Below are positions 30,062 through 40,450 of a stretch of DNA of 64,000 bases, piece by piece. The stretch is taken from positions 160,001-224,000 of the forward strand of contig JBPOFY010000001.1 of NCBI GenBank assembly GCA_051252375.1. The letters run 5' to 3'. Below the pieces are notes generated by a model that worked only from the letters and a program-made list of their open reading frames with translations, was not told the DNA's origin and made no database searches. The stretch is from Opitutaceae bacterium. GTDB taxonomy: Bacteria; Verrucomicrobiota; Verrucomicrobiia; Opitutales; Coraliomargaritaceae. Position 1 is the first letter of the stretch. The number at the start of each line of letters is the position of its first letter. The position numbers and the translations under genes are program-made.

Positions 30062-30928
30062 ATGGGTTCCACATATCGAGGCCGCATCGCACCGACGCCG
30101 ACGGGGTATTTACACCTCGGCCACGCGCGGACGTTTTGGATCGCGATGGAGCGAGCCCGTGAAGCCGGCGGACAACTCATTTACAGAGACGAAGACCTCG
30201 ACCCCCAACGCTGTAAGCCCGAGTTCAGCGACGGTGCGATTGAAGACCTGCGCTGGTTTGGTTGCGACTGGCATGAAGGACCGGATCGCGGCGGACCGAC
30301 CGGCCCCTACAAACAGAGTGAACGCCAAGACATGTTTCTCGATGCGTGGAAGCACTTAAAGTCGGCAGGTTTTATTTATCCCTGCAACAAATCACGTAAA
30401 GATGTCGCCCATGCGACTCAAGCGCCGCATATGGACGATGACGGCGCGGAACAGATTTACCCTGAAAACTGGCGTCCTCCGATCGGCACGGGTAAACATG
30501 CACATAGCCCTGGCGATACCAACTGGCGCTTTCGAGTGCCGGACTACCTGAAGGTCGATTTCGACGACGGTCGCCTCGGTCCTTGCTCTTTTGAATGCCT
30601 GCGCGACTTTGGCGATTTTCTCGTTTGGCGACGCGATGGCGTGCCCGCCTATGAACTTGCCGTCGTGGTAGACGATGCCGCCATGAAGATTTCTGAGGTC
30701 GTGCGCGGCGAAGACCTGCTCATCTCTACCGCTCGCCAACTACTCATCTACAAAGCCCTCGGCCTGCAGCCTCCGGAGTTTTACCACACGCCTTTGCTCT
30801 GCGACACCAGCGGTCAACGGCTCGCCAAACGCAACCGCTCACTCAGTTTACGAGAACTCAGAGAAGCCGGTCATGAACCGGAAGCGCTACGCCAATCCGA
30901 AGACTGGTGGTCCGGCCTAGATGATTAA
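30062..30928 (+). CDS. gluQ: Glutamyl-queuosine tRNA(Asp) synthetase
   Basis: RIAPTPTGYLHLGH, YELAVVVDD, VVRGEDL, RLAKR; short GluRS paralog with no anticodon-binding domain. Confidence 0.9.
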   Translation: MGSTYRGRIAPTPTGYLHLGHARTFWIAMERAREAGGQLIYRDEDLDPQRCKPEFSDGAIEDLRWFGCDWHEGPDRGGPTGPYKQSERQDMFLDAWKHLKSAGFIYPCNKSRKDVAHATQAPHMDDDGAEQIYPENWRPPIGTGKHAHSPGDTNWRFRVPDYLKVDFDDGRLGPCSFECLRDFGDFLVWRRDGVPAYELAVVVDDAAMKISEVVRGEDLLISTARQLLIYKALGLQPPEFYHTPLLCDTSGQRLAKRNRSLSLRELREAGHEPEALRQSEDWWSGLDD

Positions 30929-30981
30929 GCCACCCGCGCTTTGAGCTTTTCAGGGACGGCAATTACTCACAGCCTATCGCT

Positions 30982-31803
30982 ATGGAAGAAGAACTACAGC
31001 AGCTAGAGGAACTTAAAAATAAACTGATCCTTTATTTCGTGGAAAATGGAATGCGACTACTGATGGCTATTCTGATATTGGTCATCGGCTTCTGGGTCGC
31101 GAAACGAGTCGCCAACCTGATCCTCAATATCTGTAAAAAGAAGGAGCTAGACCCCACCCTCGCGCGCTTCTTCGCTGGGTTCAGTAAGATTGTGATCATC
31201 GTGTTTGCGCTCATCATGGCGCTCAGCAAGGCAAACATAGAAATCACTCCTTTCATCGCCCTGTTAGGTGCCAGCGCCTTCGGCCTCAGTTTAGCCGTGC
31301 AAGGCCCCATCTCGAACTATGGCGCCGGCATCGTGCTCATTGTCACACGTCCTTTCGTCGTAGGCGACACACTCACACTCAATGACCTTTGCGGCACAGT
31401 CGACAGCGTTAACCTAGGTAACACTCAGTTAATCAACGAAGACGAAGAGCGTATCACCATTCCAAATCGAAAGGTTCTGGGCGAAATCTTCACCAATTCC
31501 TACGAGCACAAAATCGTAGAAGCAGTCGTCGGCATCGACTACAGCGCCGATCCGGAAAATGCGATCGAGTGCATCACCACTGCGATCCAAAAGGTCGAAG
31601 GCATTGCCACCAAACGCGCACCTGACGTCGGCATCGAAGACTTTGGCGACTCCTCGATCAATATCGGCTACCGCGTTTGGGTGCCGACCAATACCTACCA
31701 CCGCACTCGCTATAAAATAAATATGGCAGTCTTTCGCGCACTCGAAGAAGCGCAGATCACCATCCCGTTCCCGCAGCGCGATGTGCACCTGATCCAAAAG
31801 TAG
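30982..31803 (+). CDS. mscS: Small-conductance mechanosensitive channel
   Basis: Three TMs, GLSLAVQGPISNYGAG, RPFVVGD, IPN, IPFPQRDVH. Confidence 0.92.
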   Translation: MEEELQQLEELKNKLILYFVENGMRLLMAILILVIGFWVAKRVANLILNICKKKELDPTLARFFAGFSKIVIIVFALIMALSKANIEITPFIALLGASAFGLSLAVQGPISNYGAGIVLIVTRPFVVGDTLTLNDLCGTVDSVNLGNTQLINEDEERITIPNRKVLGEIFTNSYEHKIVEAVVGIDYSADPENAIECITTAIQKVEGIATKRAPDVGIEDFGDSSINIGYRVWVPTNTYHRTRYKINMAVFRALEEAQITIPFPQRDVHLIQK

Positions 31804-31821
31804 TCAGCCGTTTACGGCTTG

Positions 31822-32439
31822 CTAAAATCCCAGTAAGATCGACACCAACGCCAAAAAGCAGCTCAAGGCCGCGCAAAATGGGCGGATCTTATTGAGTGAT
31901 TTAATCGTAATTGGATACGGCACTCGCTTGGCAAAACAAACAGACAGGAAAGTGAATTGCCCCCACCACCAACTCACACCAATCAACGCGCCCAAAGCAA
32001 CCGAAGGCACCACCGCCCAGCTCGGAGTGTGATTAATATAAACACCTGTTGCCAGCAAGATGGCCATGGCTGCGGGTAAACGCATCGGCATCGCAAACGA
32101 CTGACTCAATGCCTGGCGAAACAAGGACATCGCTGACGGCAGCGTTTTGACATCATCCAATTGTTCGACGCGCTTGGTCCGGAAAAATTTAAAGCCCAAG
32201 AAAAGCAATACAAAAGCCGCAAATAGATGCATCCCTGGTCGTATAAAAACCAGATAACGAGCCATCATCATTAAACCGGGGATAGCCACTAACATCCAGA
32301 GCAACTGCGAAAACCAAAACGCGAAGCCAACCGCTAGCACCTGCCGCGCGTTTCCGCACACCCCCACTTTCACTAACCACACCGTCCCGGGAAATAGCGT
32401 GAGTGACAAAATAAAACCTGCCGTGATACCTTCGATCAT
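31822..32439 (-). CDS. Multi-TM membrane protein, LysE-translocator-like
   Basis: About 205 aa, hydrophobic, GFILSLTLFPG resembles the LysE N-terminal PGP motif; ATG 2 nt after the upstream stop. Confidence 0.5.
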   Translation of the reverse strand: MIEGITAGFILSLTLFPGTVWLVKVGVCGNARQVLAVGFAFWFSQLLWMLVAIPGLMMMARYLVFIRPGMHLFAAFVLLFLGFKFFRTKRVEQLDDVKTLPSAMSLFRQALSQSFAMPMRLPAAMAILLATGVYINHTPSWAVVPSVALGALIGVSWWWGQFTFLSVCFAKRVPYPITIKSLNKIRPFCAALSCFLALVSILLGF

Positions 32440-32440
32440 C

Positions 32441-33601
32441 TTAGTGCGATGCTGAACGGTTCGCGGCGGACAAGCGAAAGAAAAGAACACTACTCAGCGT
32501 CCCAGTTAAAACCATCCATCCGATGGTCAGTGCCAAGCTAGCAGTCACCCACCCGATCAACGCTCCTAGAACGCCAAGCATCAAAAATAAAACCACGCAC
32601 CATCGAGGCATTTGGTGAGTCGCGCCACGTGCTAAAGGATACAAACTGCTCGCCAACAAGACCGCGATAGCCGGCTTTAGTCCGGTGCAGACAAGAGCAG
32701 CTACACTCAAAGCTAACACTGGCAAAACATACACCTGTAAGACGGAAAAGACCGCAGGCTCCAAATCGCCCGCGGGCGGCGCATAGCGTCGCCATAAATC
32801 ACGATGCCACCAGCGAGCACCCAGTAATGTAAACACAAGCACGGAGAACAACCATTGCGGCATCTCCCCCAACCCTAACACAGCAGCAAGCAAACCAAGC
32901 ATTAATCCCAGCGCGGTGAGCGTGTCGTAATGCACGCGCTTCACCCGAAGCGATTGATACGCTGGCATCACGAAAAAGGACGCACCCACAATCGCACTGA
33001 GCAGCACTATCAGGAGACTCAGTAAATGAAATAAGTTTTCAAATGTGCCAACCTCGAAACCAATCGCAGGCAGTGCTCCTAGGAATAGACCATTCGCCGC
33101 AAACAATCCGCAAAGCACCGTCCGCCAAGCCAGAGGCGAGAGCTGAGCCCGAGCGGTTGCCTCGTATGACTTCGCCGTATATCCGAAGCGCTGCCATTCA
33201 TGAACCAAGCCAAGCAAGGAAAACGCCCCCGGCACCCAAGCGATCAATACCGTATTCGATTCTAGCTGAACACGCGCCGAGGTCACCCCCAGCTGTCCAC
33301 GAGCCAAGCGCTCAACCAACCATGCACAGCCCATGCACGACATACCTTGAATCGAGAGCTTCACTTCCACAGGCGGCTCGGCTTCGGCGGACGTCTGTGC
33401 CGCTGCCACCCACTTACTAGAACCAGCGTCTGCCGCATCCAAAACCGGCGGCTCACCAACTCGGTCACGTAATGAATAAAACCCCTCCAACCCTTCATCT
33501 CGGATCAACCGATACACTTGTTCGCACCCACCGCAGCAGAAGTCGCCATGCCCGGTAGAATCCGGATAACGTGTGCCGCAATGTTTACAAAAGATTCGCA
33601 T
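32441..33601 (-). CDS. CcoI/FixI-like N-terminal metal-binding + HMA + TM protein lacking P-type ATPase catalytic domains
   Basis: CKHCG...FCCGGCEQVY, GMSCMGCAWLVE (HMA), then TMs; no TGE, CPC or DKTGT motifs. Confidence 0.75.
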   Translation of the reverse strand: MRIFCKHCGTRYPDSTGHGDFCCGGCEQVYRLIRDEGLEGFYSLRDRVGEPPVLDAADAGSSKWVAAAQTSAEAEPPVEVKLSIQGMSCMGCAWLVERLARGQLGVTSARVQLESNTVLIAWVPGAFSLLGLVHEWQRFGYTAKSYEATARAQLSPLAWRTVLCGLFAANGLFLGALPAIGFEVGTFENLFHLLSLLIVLLSAIVGASFFVMPAYQSLRVKRVHYDTLTALGLMLGLLAAVLGLGEMPQWLFSVLVFTLLGARWWHRDLWRRYAPPAGDLEPAVFSVLQVYVLPVLALSVAALVCTGLKPAIAVLLASSLYPLARGATHQMPRWCVVLFLMLGVLGALIGWVTASLALTIGWMVLTGTLSSVLFFRLSAANRSASH

Positions 33602-33680
33602 TCTAACGCTTGAATAGTTGGATTGGTAATTGTATTGTTAAGGAATATTAATACCTTCAATAGAGATAATTTTACTAGTT

Positions 33681-33700
33681 TAGTATTAAGCCTAATACTA
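33681..33700. promoter_or_regulatory. Palindromic operator candidate in the divergent spacer before the BLUF gene
   Basis: Perfect tagtatta-agcc-taatacta, 17 nt upstream of ATG 33718; the spacer is AT-rich, so chance is possible. Confidence 0.35.
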
Positions 33701-33717
33701 GCATCGCAGATAACAAC

Positions 33718-34164
33718 ATGAGCAAGCCATACTATCAGTTATTGTATTGTAGCACCGCCAACCCGGAGCTGACTGAAGATGCATTGACTGAGATATTAAT
33801 GGAATCGCAAAAGCGTAATGCGAAACGCGAGATCACGGGCTTACTCTTACATTCTGACGGAAACATCATTCAAATCATCGAAGGAAAGAAAGAAGATGTC
33901 GAAGCACTCTTCGAGAAAATTGAACACGACAAACGCCATCGCGGTGTCTTTGTCCTCTCCCGTAAGGACGTCGAAAAGCGCGACTTCCCAGAATATAAAA
34001 TGGGCTTTAGGCGCCCGGAACGTGACCTCATCGAAACACAAATTCCAGGTTTTTCAGATTTCGTGGAAAGAGGCTCAATACCCGCTAATCAGTTAGATGG
34101 TCTATCTACCCTCGTCGCCACCTTCTTAAGGACTTTTGCCCGTTCGACAGGATTGGGCACCTAA
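33718..34164 (+). CDS. Stand-alone BLUF blue-light sensor protein
   Basis: LLYCS (Tyr), RNAKREITGLLL (Asn), IIQIIEG (Gln), DKRH, FPEYKMGF (Met). Confidence 0.9.
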   Translation: MSKPYYQLLYCSTANPELTEDALTEILMESQKRNAKREITGLLLHSDGNIIQIIEGKKEDVEALFEKIEHDKRHRGVFVLSRKDVEKRDFPEYKMGFRRPERDLIETQIPGFSDFVERGSIPANQLDGLSTLVATFLRTFARSTGLGT

Positions 34165-34220
34165 ACACAACGCTCAGCTAGACTTGAGTTATCCGCCAAG
34201 ATCATTTGGTGTAGGCTGGA

Positions 34221-35396
34221 ATGACGGAAACCAAACTTTCATTACTACGCATTTTCCTGATCTACCTGCGCTTGGGTTGCATTTCCTTTGGCGGTCCCGT
34301 GGCGCATCTCGGCTATTTTAAAGACGAGTTCGTCAACCGGAAGAAATGGTTGTCTGATGCCCGCTATAGCGAATTGCTCGGGCTTTGCCAATTCGTGCCA
34401 GGACCATCAAGCAGTCAACTGGGGTTCGCCATCGGCTGGCACAAAGGTGGCCTCCTTGGTGCATGTGCCGCGTGGCTAGGGTTCACCCTGCCGTCGGCGA
34501 TGCTGATGATCGCGTTTGCCTACGGGCTATTCGCGGTTGGCGATACCGCCAATGCATTTATCCACGGGCTATTGATCGCGGCTGTCGCAGTCGTCGCCAA
34601 CGCGGTGGTCGGTCTAGGCAAAAAACTCTGCCCCGATTTACCTCGTGTGCTCATCGCGATACTCAGCGCGGCTGTCGTATCGTTCTCGCCGAGCAGTTTG
34701 ATGCAAATTGCCACGATCCTCATCGGTGCCATGATCGGCATGTTACTTTTTAAACAATCGAACCAAGCCAACTCGAGCGAACCACACACCATCATCGCAG
34801 GCCGAGCTACAGTCGCGATCGCACTACTTCTCTATACTGGTCTGCTAGTCCTTTCCATTTGCATCAACAGTAGTGACCACGACTCGATCTACGCGGTGCA
34901 TTACCAAGCTGGGGCTTTGGTCTTTGGTGGCGGCCATGTTGTGCTGCCACTCCTGCAGGAAGGGCTCGTCCCCAACCTCATGACAGAGTCCAACTTCCTC
35001 GCGGGCTACAGCGCCGCCCAAGCTCTACCGGGCCCGCTGTTTACTTTCTCTGCGTTCCTCGGCACGACCGGCAGCACAAACGCGCCAAGCGCACTCGCGG
35101 GCCTTGGCACACTGATCGCAATTTTCCTTCCCGGCATGCTGCTCCTCATCGGCATTCTTCCGTTCTGGAATCGCTTACGGCAACGGGTATGGGCTCAAGC
35201 TGGTTTGCTCGGTGCCAACGCAGCCGTCGTCGGCTTACTCCTCGCCGCATTCATCAATCCCGTCTGGCCGCATGGCATCCACAGATGGAGCGATTTCGCG
35301 ATCGCCGCTGCGGCTTTTATTGCACTCTACCGCTTTAAAGCGCCCGCATGGCTGACTGTGCTCAGCTGCGGAGTGCTCGGATTCATTGTCAGTTGA
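34221..35396 (+). CDS. chrA: Chromate efflux transporter (long-chain CHR)
   Basis: SFGGPVAH, QFVPGP, VFGGGHVVLP, AQALPGPLF duplicated motifs. Confidence 0.92.
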   Translation: MTETKLSLLRIFLIYLRLGCISFGGPVAHLGYFKDEFVNRKKWLSDARYSELLGLCQFVPGPSSSQLGFAIGWHKGGLLGACAAWLGFTLPSAMLMIAFAYGLFAVGDTANAFIHGLLIAAVAVVANAVVGLGKKLCPDLPRVLIAILSAAVVSFSPSSLMQIATILIGAMIGMLLFKQSNQANSSEPHTIIAGRATVAIALLLYTGLLVLSICINSSDHDSIYAVHYQAGALVFGGGHVVLPLLQEGLVPNLMTESNFLAGYSAAQALPGPLFTFSAFLGTTGSTNAPSALAGLGTLIAIFLPGMLLLIGILPFWNRLRQRVWAQAGLLGANAAVVGLLLAAFINPVWPHGIHRWSDFAIAAAAFIALYRFKAPAWLTVLSCGVLGFIVS

Positions 35397-35423
35397 GATA
35401 TCTCGAAACTGACCGTCGCGACC

Positions 35424-36533
35424 CTAGATTGCCTCTGAGAAAGCTCTCAACTGTGCAATCACAGTTGAGAGGTTCAATGTCTCGCTGCGATTGCCTTTCA
35501 ACTGCCCCACTCGGTCAGCAACATTCTCAACCGAGAGCCCTTTGCGGATACCGTATAGTTCAGGCGTCTTTAATATAAAGGCAGCAATATCCTCCACATC
35601 CTCCAGACGGTCACTCAATGCCGGAACATTCAAAGTCTCCAGAGAAAGCTTAAAATAGAGCGACTCATCCATTTCCCCGCTTGCCAACAACTCATCTAAG
35701 CACACGTCCGAAAGAACAATTAGATGCACTTCAGCAAGTAGTGCGTCATAATTTTCAGCGACTGCATGCTGGAGACTCAGCGGCAAAGCCTCGATGTTAT
35801 GAATAATTAAGGTGCCGTTTTTAGCGAGCCCGATCATATCGCCGAAGACACCGTCTTCAGAAATCAACGAACGCGACATTTCCTCCGGCGTTTCATTCTG
35901 ACAAAAACATTCCACACAGACACTGTCCCCATACACTCCCTCTAGATGCAACAGTGCGGCAATCTGCGACTTCCCCGAACCAACCGGACCACTAATCAAC
36001 AAGGGGCTCGATGAGTGGAGCAGACCAGCCACTTCATCGCGCAACTTCTGGCACGGTGCGCTATGCCCCACAAGCGGCAGGCATTCATCCATTCGATTTG
36101 TAAGCGCCACGCCCTTGATCGCTTCGCGGCGACCACGATAACGCTCCAGACTGACAATGGCACGATTGATCAAAGCCTGTGGTGTAATCGGCTTCGTCAT
36201 AACTGGTGACAACTCGTTGCTCTGCACATAAGCCATCACTTCCGGAGTGGGTGAACCACTGACAATAATCACCTCCACATCGGGGTCCAATTCACGTAGC
36301 TCTGTCGCCAAATCCAAGCCACTCATCGGCTCCATTATGTAATCGGTGATAACGAGCCGATACCGCTTATCTTTAAACTTCTCCAGTGCCTCCTCTCCCG
36401 AAGCAGCCATCTCCAATGAACCATCTAACTGGGAACAGGCGGCGGCGATCATACGGCGATCAACAGAACTATCGTCAACGACGAGAATACTGATTTCGTT
36501 TTGAGATGAAGCAGCCGTAACTTGCTCGTCCAT
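35424..36533 (-). CDS. Response regulator with a degenerate sigma54-activator-like AAA+ domain
   Basis: ILVVDD/ITDYIM/KP receiver; LVGHS, GPVGSGKS, GTLIIHNIE, LYFKL, VPALSDRLED; no GAFTGA and no C-terminal HTH. Confidence 0.75.
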   Translation of the reverse strand: MDEQVTAASSQNEISILVVDDSSVDRRMIAAACSQLDGSLEMAASGEEALEKFKDKRYRLVITDYIMEPMSGLDLATELRELDPDVEVIIVSGSPTPEVMAYVQSNELSPVMTKPITPQALINRAIVSLERYRGRREAIKGVALTNRMDECLPLVGHSAPCQKLRDEVAGLLHSSSPLLISGPVGSGKSQIAALLHLEGVYGDSVCVECFCQNETPEEMSRSLISEDGVFGDMIGLAKNGTLIIHNIEALPLSLQHAVAENYDALLAEVHLIVLSDVCLDELLASGEMDESLYFKLSLETLNVPALSDRLEDVEDIAAFILKTPELYGIRKGLSVENVADRVGQLKGNRSETLNLSTVIAQLRAFSEAI

Positions 36534-36823
36534 GAGGTCTATCAGATTGAGGTAGTTGAAGCGACAATCACGTATGCGGCTCCAAGAATTTATAGGGTAA
36601 TTTATGAATTAAATTTCCGGCAACAGCACCTACCAAAAATTCCATTCAATATATAACTGATAAATACCTCAGCGATCTAGGTAAAGCCATCTCTGAAAAA
36701 TACGCAGATATTAACTCATCGCTTACACTCAGTTAACTATAATGAATGCCGCCAATAATTGCTGCGACTTTAGCACCTACCCGATTCAATGAAACGAAGC
36801 GTCGCGCGCGCAGACAAGCGCAC

Positions 36824-38881
36824 TTACGCTGGCGCAGGGGCTTCACTTCCAGCTAAACCACCTTTATCATCATCCTCTTTGGCCTTTTTCTCAGCTTCAG
36901 TTTCAGAGGCTTCCTCTTCTTCTGGCTCAGGATCGGCTATGATTCGCTTCACGATCGGCGAGCGCATTTCACCATGCTTAATGATCTCCAGAACATGTTT
37001 TCCATCAATGGTTTCATGCTCAATGAGTGCCTCCGCAATCGTATCCAGCGCACTTCGGTGTCCATTTAAAATTTCAAGCGCACGCGCATACTGTTCTTGA
37101 ATTAAATCATGAACAAGTGAATCAATCTTCTGGGCGGTCTCTTCGCTATAATTCTTACTCGCGACCCCACCATGACCCATATAGCCACCGCTCTGACTTT
37201 CGCCAAGTGCGACCATACCAAGCTCGGACATACCCCAATCACAAACCATGTGACGGGCTGTCTTCGTAGCCATTCGGATATCGCCTGAAGCGCCGCTAGT
37301 CACATCGCCCATGACAATCTCTTCGGCAGCGCGTCCACCCATCGTGCAGCAAATATCATTGATCAAACGACGCTTGGAGTGGTTCAAGAGATCTTTCTTC
37401 GGCATGAACATGGTCGAACCAAGACTTTGACCGCGCGGAATAATCGTCACCTTGTGAACAGGCATATGCCCGTCATCCACGATGCCTTGAATCAAAGCGT
37501 GACCCGCCTCGTGAAAAGCGGTGATCTTGCGATCCTCGTCATCCATCAACTTGCGGCGCTCACGACCAAAGGAAATCTTATCGCGCGCCTCATCGAGATC
37601 ATCCATCTCGACAACTTTTTTATTGTAACGAGCTGCAATCAACGCGCCTTCATTCAGAAGATTCGCAAGGTCTGCACCGGAAAATCCGGGTGTATTACGT
37701 GCTACAAACTCCAGATTCACCTCTTCAGAGAGCGCGATCTTCTTAGCATGCACCAAGAGAATTTCATGGCGGCCATTCAGGTCGGGTAGATCAATCGTCA
37801 CTTGACGGTCGAAACGACCTGGGCGCAGTAGCGCGTTATCCAAAACATCTGGGCGATTGGTCGCAGCAATGATGATAACACCTTCGTGCCCATCAAAACC
37901 ATCCATCTCGACGAGGAGCGAATTAAGCGTTTGTTCACGCTCGTCATTTCCGCCGCCCACACCGGAGCCACGTTGACGGCCGACCGCGTCGATCTCGTCG
38001 ATAAAAACAATACACGGTGCATTCTTACGTCCTTGCTCGAACATATCTCGAACACGCGCAGCACCAACACCGACAAACATTTCCACGAAATCGGAGCCAC
38101 TAATCGAAAAGAATGGAACGTCGGCTTCGCCCGCAACAGCCTTAGCCAGCAGCGTCTTACCTGTGCCCGGAGGGCCCACCATCAACACACCTCGAGGGAT
38201 GCGTCCGCCAATACGTTGAAATTTCTTTGGGTCTTTCAGGAAATCGACCACTTCACTGACTTCCTCTTTGGCCTCATCGCAACCGGCAACATCCTTGAAT
38301 GTCAGCGCGCCTTTTTCACGAGTCAGCATCTTTGCCTTGCTCTTACCAAAGCTCATCGCACCACGACCGGCGCTCTTCAGTTGGCGAACAAATAGGAAAT
38401 AAAGCAGCCCGATAATCAGCAAAAATGGCAAAAAGCTAATGAGCACATCTTGAAGCCCTGTGCTTGCACGCTTCTCTTGCAAGACTTCACGGACGAGTAA
38501 GAAATCTTCCGTAGTCAAGCGACCGCGGGAAGTGAAACGAACCTTCGCAGGTGTATCGGTAGGAATCGTGACGCCTTCTTCAGGATATTCCAACACCGGG
38601 TTTTTCATCTCACCGGAAATCACATAACCGTCGCGACCATAAGATGGGTCGGGCTCCATATAGCCATCGCCCTCGACAATCATGCCGTCTTTAACCGCTT
38701 CGATCAACTCGCTGATGGTCAACTTTTGCACGTTCGAACCTGCACCTGGATTTGCAAACCAGATAGTGAGAATCGCTGCGACGATCAACAAATAGATGAT
38801 CAGCACTTTGGGCTGAAAGCGTTGCGGTGGTCCGTTGCGACCGGAGTCGTTATTCTGTGGCGTTTTGTTCTCTGAGGACAT
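36824..38881 (-). CDS. ftsH: ATP-dependent zinc metalloprotease FtsH
   Basis: Two TMs, [38 protein letters not shown]. Confidence 0.98.
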   Translation of the reverse strand: MSSENKTPQNNDSGRNGPPQRFQPKVLIIYLLIVAAILTIWFANPGAGSNVQKLTISELIEAVKDGMIVEGDGYMEPDPSYGRDGYVISGEMKNPVLEYPEEGVTIPTDTPAKVRFTSRGRLTTEDFLLVREVLQEKRASTGLQDVLISFLPFLLIIGLLYFLFVRQLKSAGRGAMSFGKSKAKMLTREKGALTFKDVAGCDEAKEEVSEVVDFLKDPKKFQRIGGRIPRGVLMVGPPGTGKTLLAKAVAGEADVPFFSISGSDFVEMFVGVGAARVRDMFEQGRKNAPCIVFIDEIDAVGRQRGSGVGGGNDEREQTLNSLLVEMDGFDGHEGVIIIAATNRPDVLDNALLRPGRFDRQVTIDLPDLNGRHEILLVHAKKIALSEEVNLEFVARNTPGFSGADLANLLNEGALIAARYNKKVVEMDDLDEARDKISFGRERRKLMDDEDRKITAFHEAGHALIQGIVDDGHMPVHKVTIIPRGQSLGSTMFMPKKDLLNHSKRRLINDICCTMGGRAAEEIVMGDVTSGASGDIRMATKTARHMVCDWGMSELGMVALGESQSGGYMGHGGVASKNYSEETAQKIDSLVHDLIQEQYARALEILNGHRSALDTIAEALIEHETIDGKHVLEIIKHGEMRSPIVKRIIADPEPEEEEASETEAEKKAKEDDDKGGLAGSEAPAPA

Positions 38882-40347
38882 TAGGCGAGTGAAGTTGGGT
38901 TTCTAGTCCGGTAAGTCAATCTAAGAGCCAATTTCGTGGCAGGGCTCAATTTCATGGTGTCCGCGGGGGGAAACCCGGGGACCCAGATGATTTTACCGGA
39001 GCTGGTGCTGACAACTGGTAGCTGTTTTCGTTCCCTTTGTGGAATATAGCGGTCGATAAACCAATCTTTTAGCTTTTTAGAGCCCGGTGCGCCGATCGGA
39101 TGAAAACGATCACCCGGCTGCCAAGACCTCACCTCGAAGGTCGAATCTTTCGGTGGCACGATGTAAGCCTCCGCACCCTGATCAATGGCTCCAGATAAAA
39201 TCTTTGCGCTCAACACCTCGTCCACCTCGATCAACTCCAGACCCATAATAGCACCCGTTGCCAACATAAGCGACGTGCCCGGCTCTAGCGATGAGGACTC
39301 TAGGCCTCGAACGACCTCTGCATCTGAGGCTCGCTCGATCAACAGCTGCTCGCCCTCGAAAAGAATATAATCAGACCCCACGCTCATACGGTGGCGCTTC
39401 TTCTGCCCATAAACGGCATCGAGCAACACATCCATAGCCGGTCCACTCACAGACGATAACAGCTGATGATGACTCAACCAAGCAGACAAGGCACGGCGTG
39501 TGATGGCACGCGGACAGGCCTTCAAAGCACCGCGAGCCAACTGCGACTTTGCAGAATAAGCATCCGGCAAATGCTCGCGAGCTACCGACTCCAAGGCGCG
39601 GGCATCTTCCTCGATCAATCTACGCGCCCGCGCGGCGCCCGCAACCGGGTCACGATCCAAAGCCTCAATCAACTCAGGAATCACTCTGCCACGTAGCGCA
39701 TTGCGCGCAATCGACTGGTCGTCGTTCGAAGCGTCCTTTTTTGACGGTATTTCGGCTGCATTTAATGCCATCCGAATATCTCCAGAACGCAGATTGAGCA
39801 GAGGACGCACATGCGGCGGCAAACCATCAAACCGCGCAATCGGTCTTGGCGCAGCCAAACCATCGGTCCCGCTGCCACGTGCGATCCGTTGCAACTGCGT
39901 CTCCAAAATATCATCCATCTGATGCCCCAACGCGATACAGTGGCATCGATGCTCCGCCGCCGCTTCACGCAAAAAATCTAGCCTTAGCGCCCGCGCAGTC
40001 GTCTCCGTAAAGGCCGCTTCATTTTCTGGTCGCACACCCACGACATAAGGTAAGTCGAGCACCTTGGCGATTGCTGCGACGAAGGCAGCATCTTCGTCGG
40101 ACGCCTCTCCACGCCAACGATGGTTGTAATGCGCAACCACAAGCTCCAAGCCCAACACATCGGCTCGTCCAGCCAGCAATAAAAGTAACAAGATCGAATC
40201 CGGACCACCGGAACAGGCCACCAACACCCGCTCCGTTTTCACACGCCGCAAAAAAGCTTCCACCTCGGGCACAAATGCATCGCCAAAGCGTTCGCTCAGT
40301 TGCCCGATAACCACAGGCCAATCGATTTTATCTAAATCTTCTGACAT
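38881..40347 (-). CDS. tilS: tRNA(Ile)-lysidine synthetase
   Basis: SGGPDS PP-loop, HYNHRWRG, GHQMDDILET, RPLL, GSKKLKDWFID; abuts ftsH. Confidence 0.95.
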   Translation of the reverse strand: MSEDLDKIDWPVVIGQLSERFGDAFVPEVEAFLRRVKTERVLVACSGGPDSILLLLLLAGRADVLGLELVVAHYNHRWRGEASDEDAAFVAAIAKVLDLPYVVGVRPENEAAFTETTARALRLDFLREAAAEHRCHCIALGHQMDDILETQLQRIARGSGTDGLAAPRPIARFDGLPPHVRPLLNLRSGDIRMALNAAEIPSKKDASNDDQSIARNALRGRVIPELIEALDRDPVAGAARARRLIEEDARALESVAREHLPDAYSAKSQLARGALKACPRAITRRALSAWLSHHQLLSSVSGPAMDVLLDAVYGQKKRHRMSVGSDYILFEGEQLLIERASDAEVVRGLESSSLEPGTSLMLATGAIMGLELIEVDEVLSAKILSGAIDQGAEAYIVPPKDSTFEVRSWQPGDRFHPIGAPGSKKLKDWFIDRYIPQRERKQLPVVSTSSGKIIWVPGFPPADTMKLSPATKLALRLTYRTRNPTSLA

Positions 40348-40450
40348 CCAGATAGACTATCGCGCAAAATATAAAAGCGGTGCAAGCGGGAAGGCATACA
40401 TAAGAAAAGAGTTTACCCCACCCACTTCTATATAAATACAGGAGGCACAC

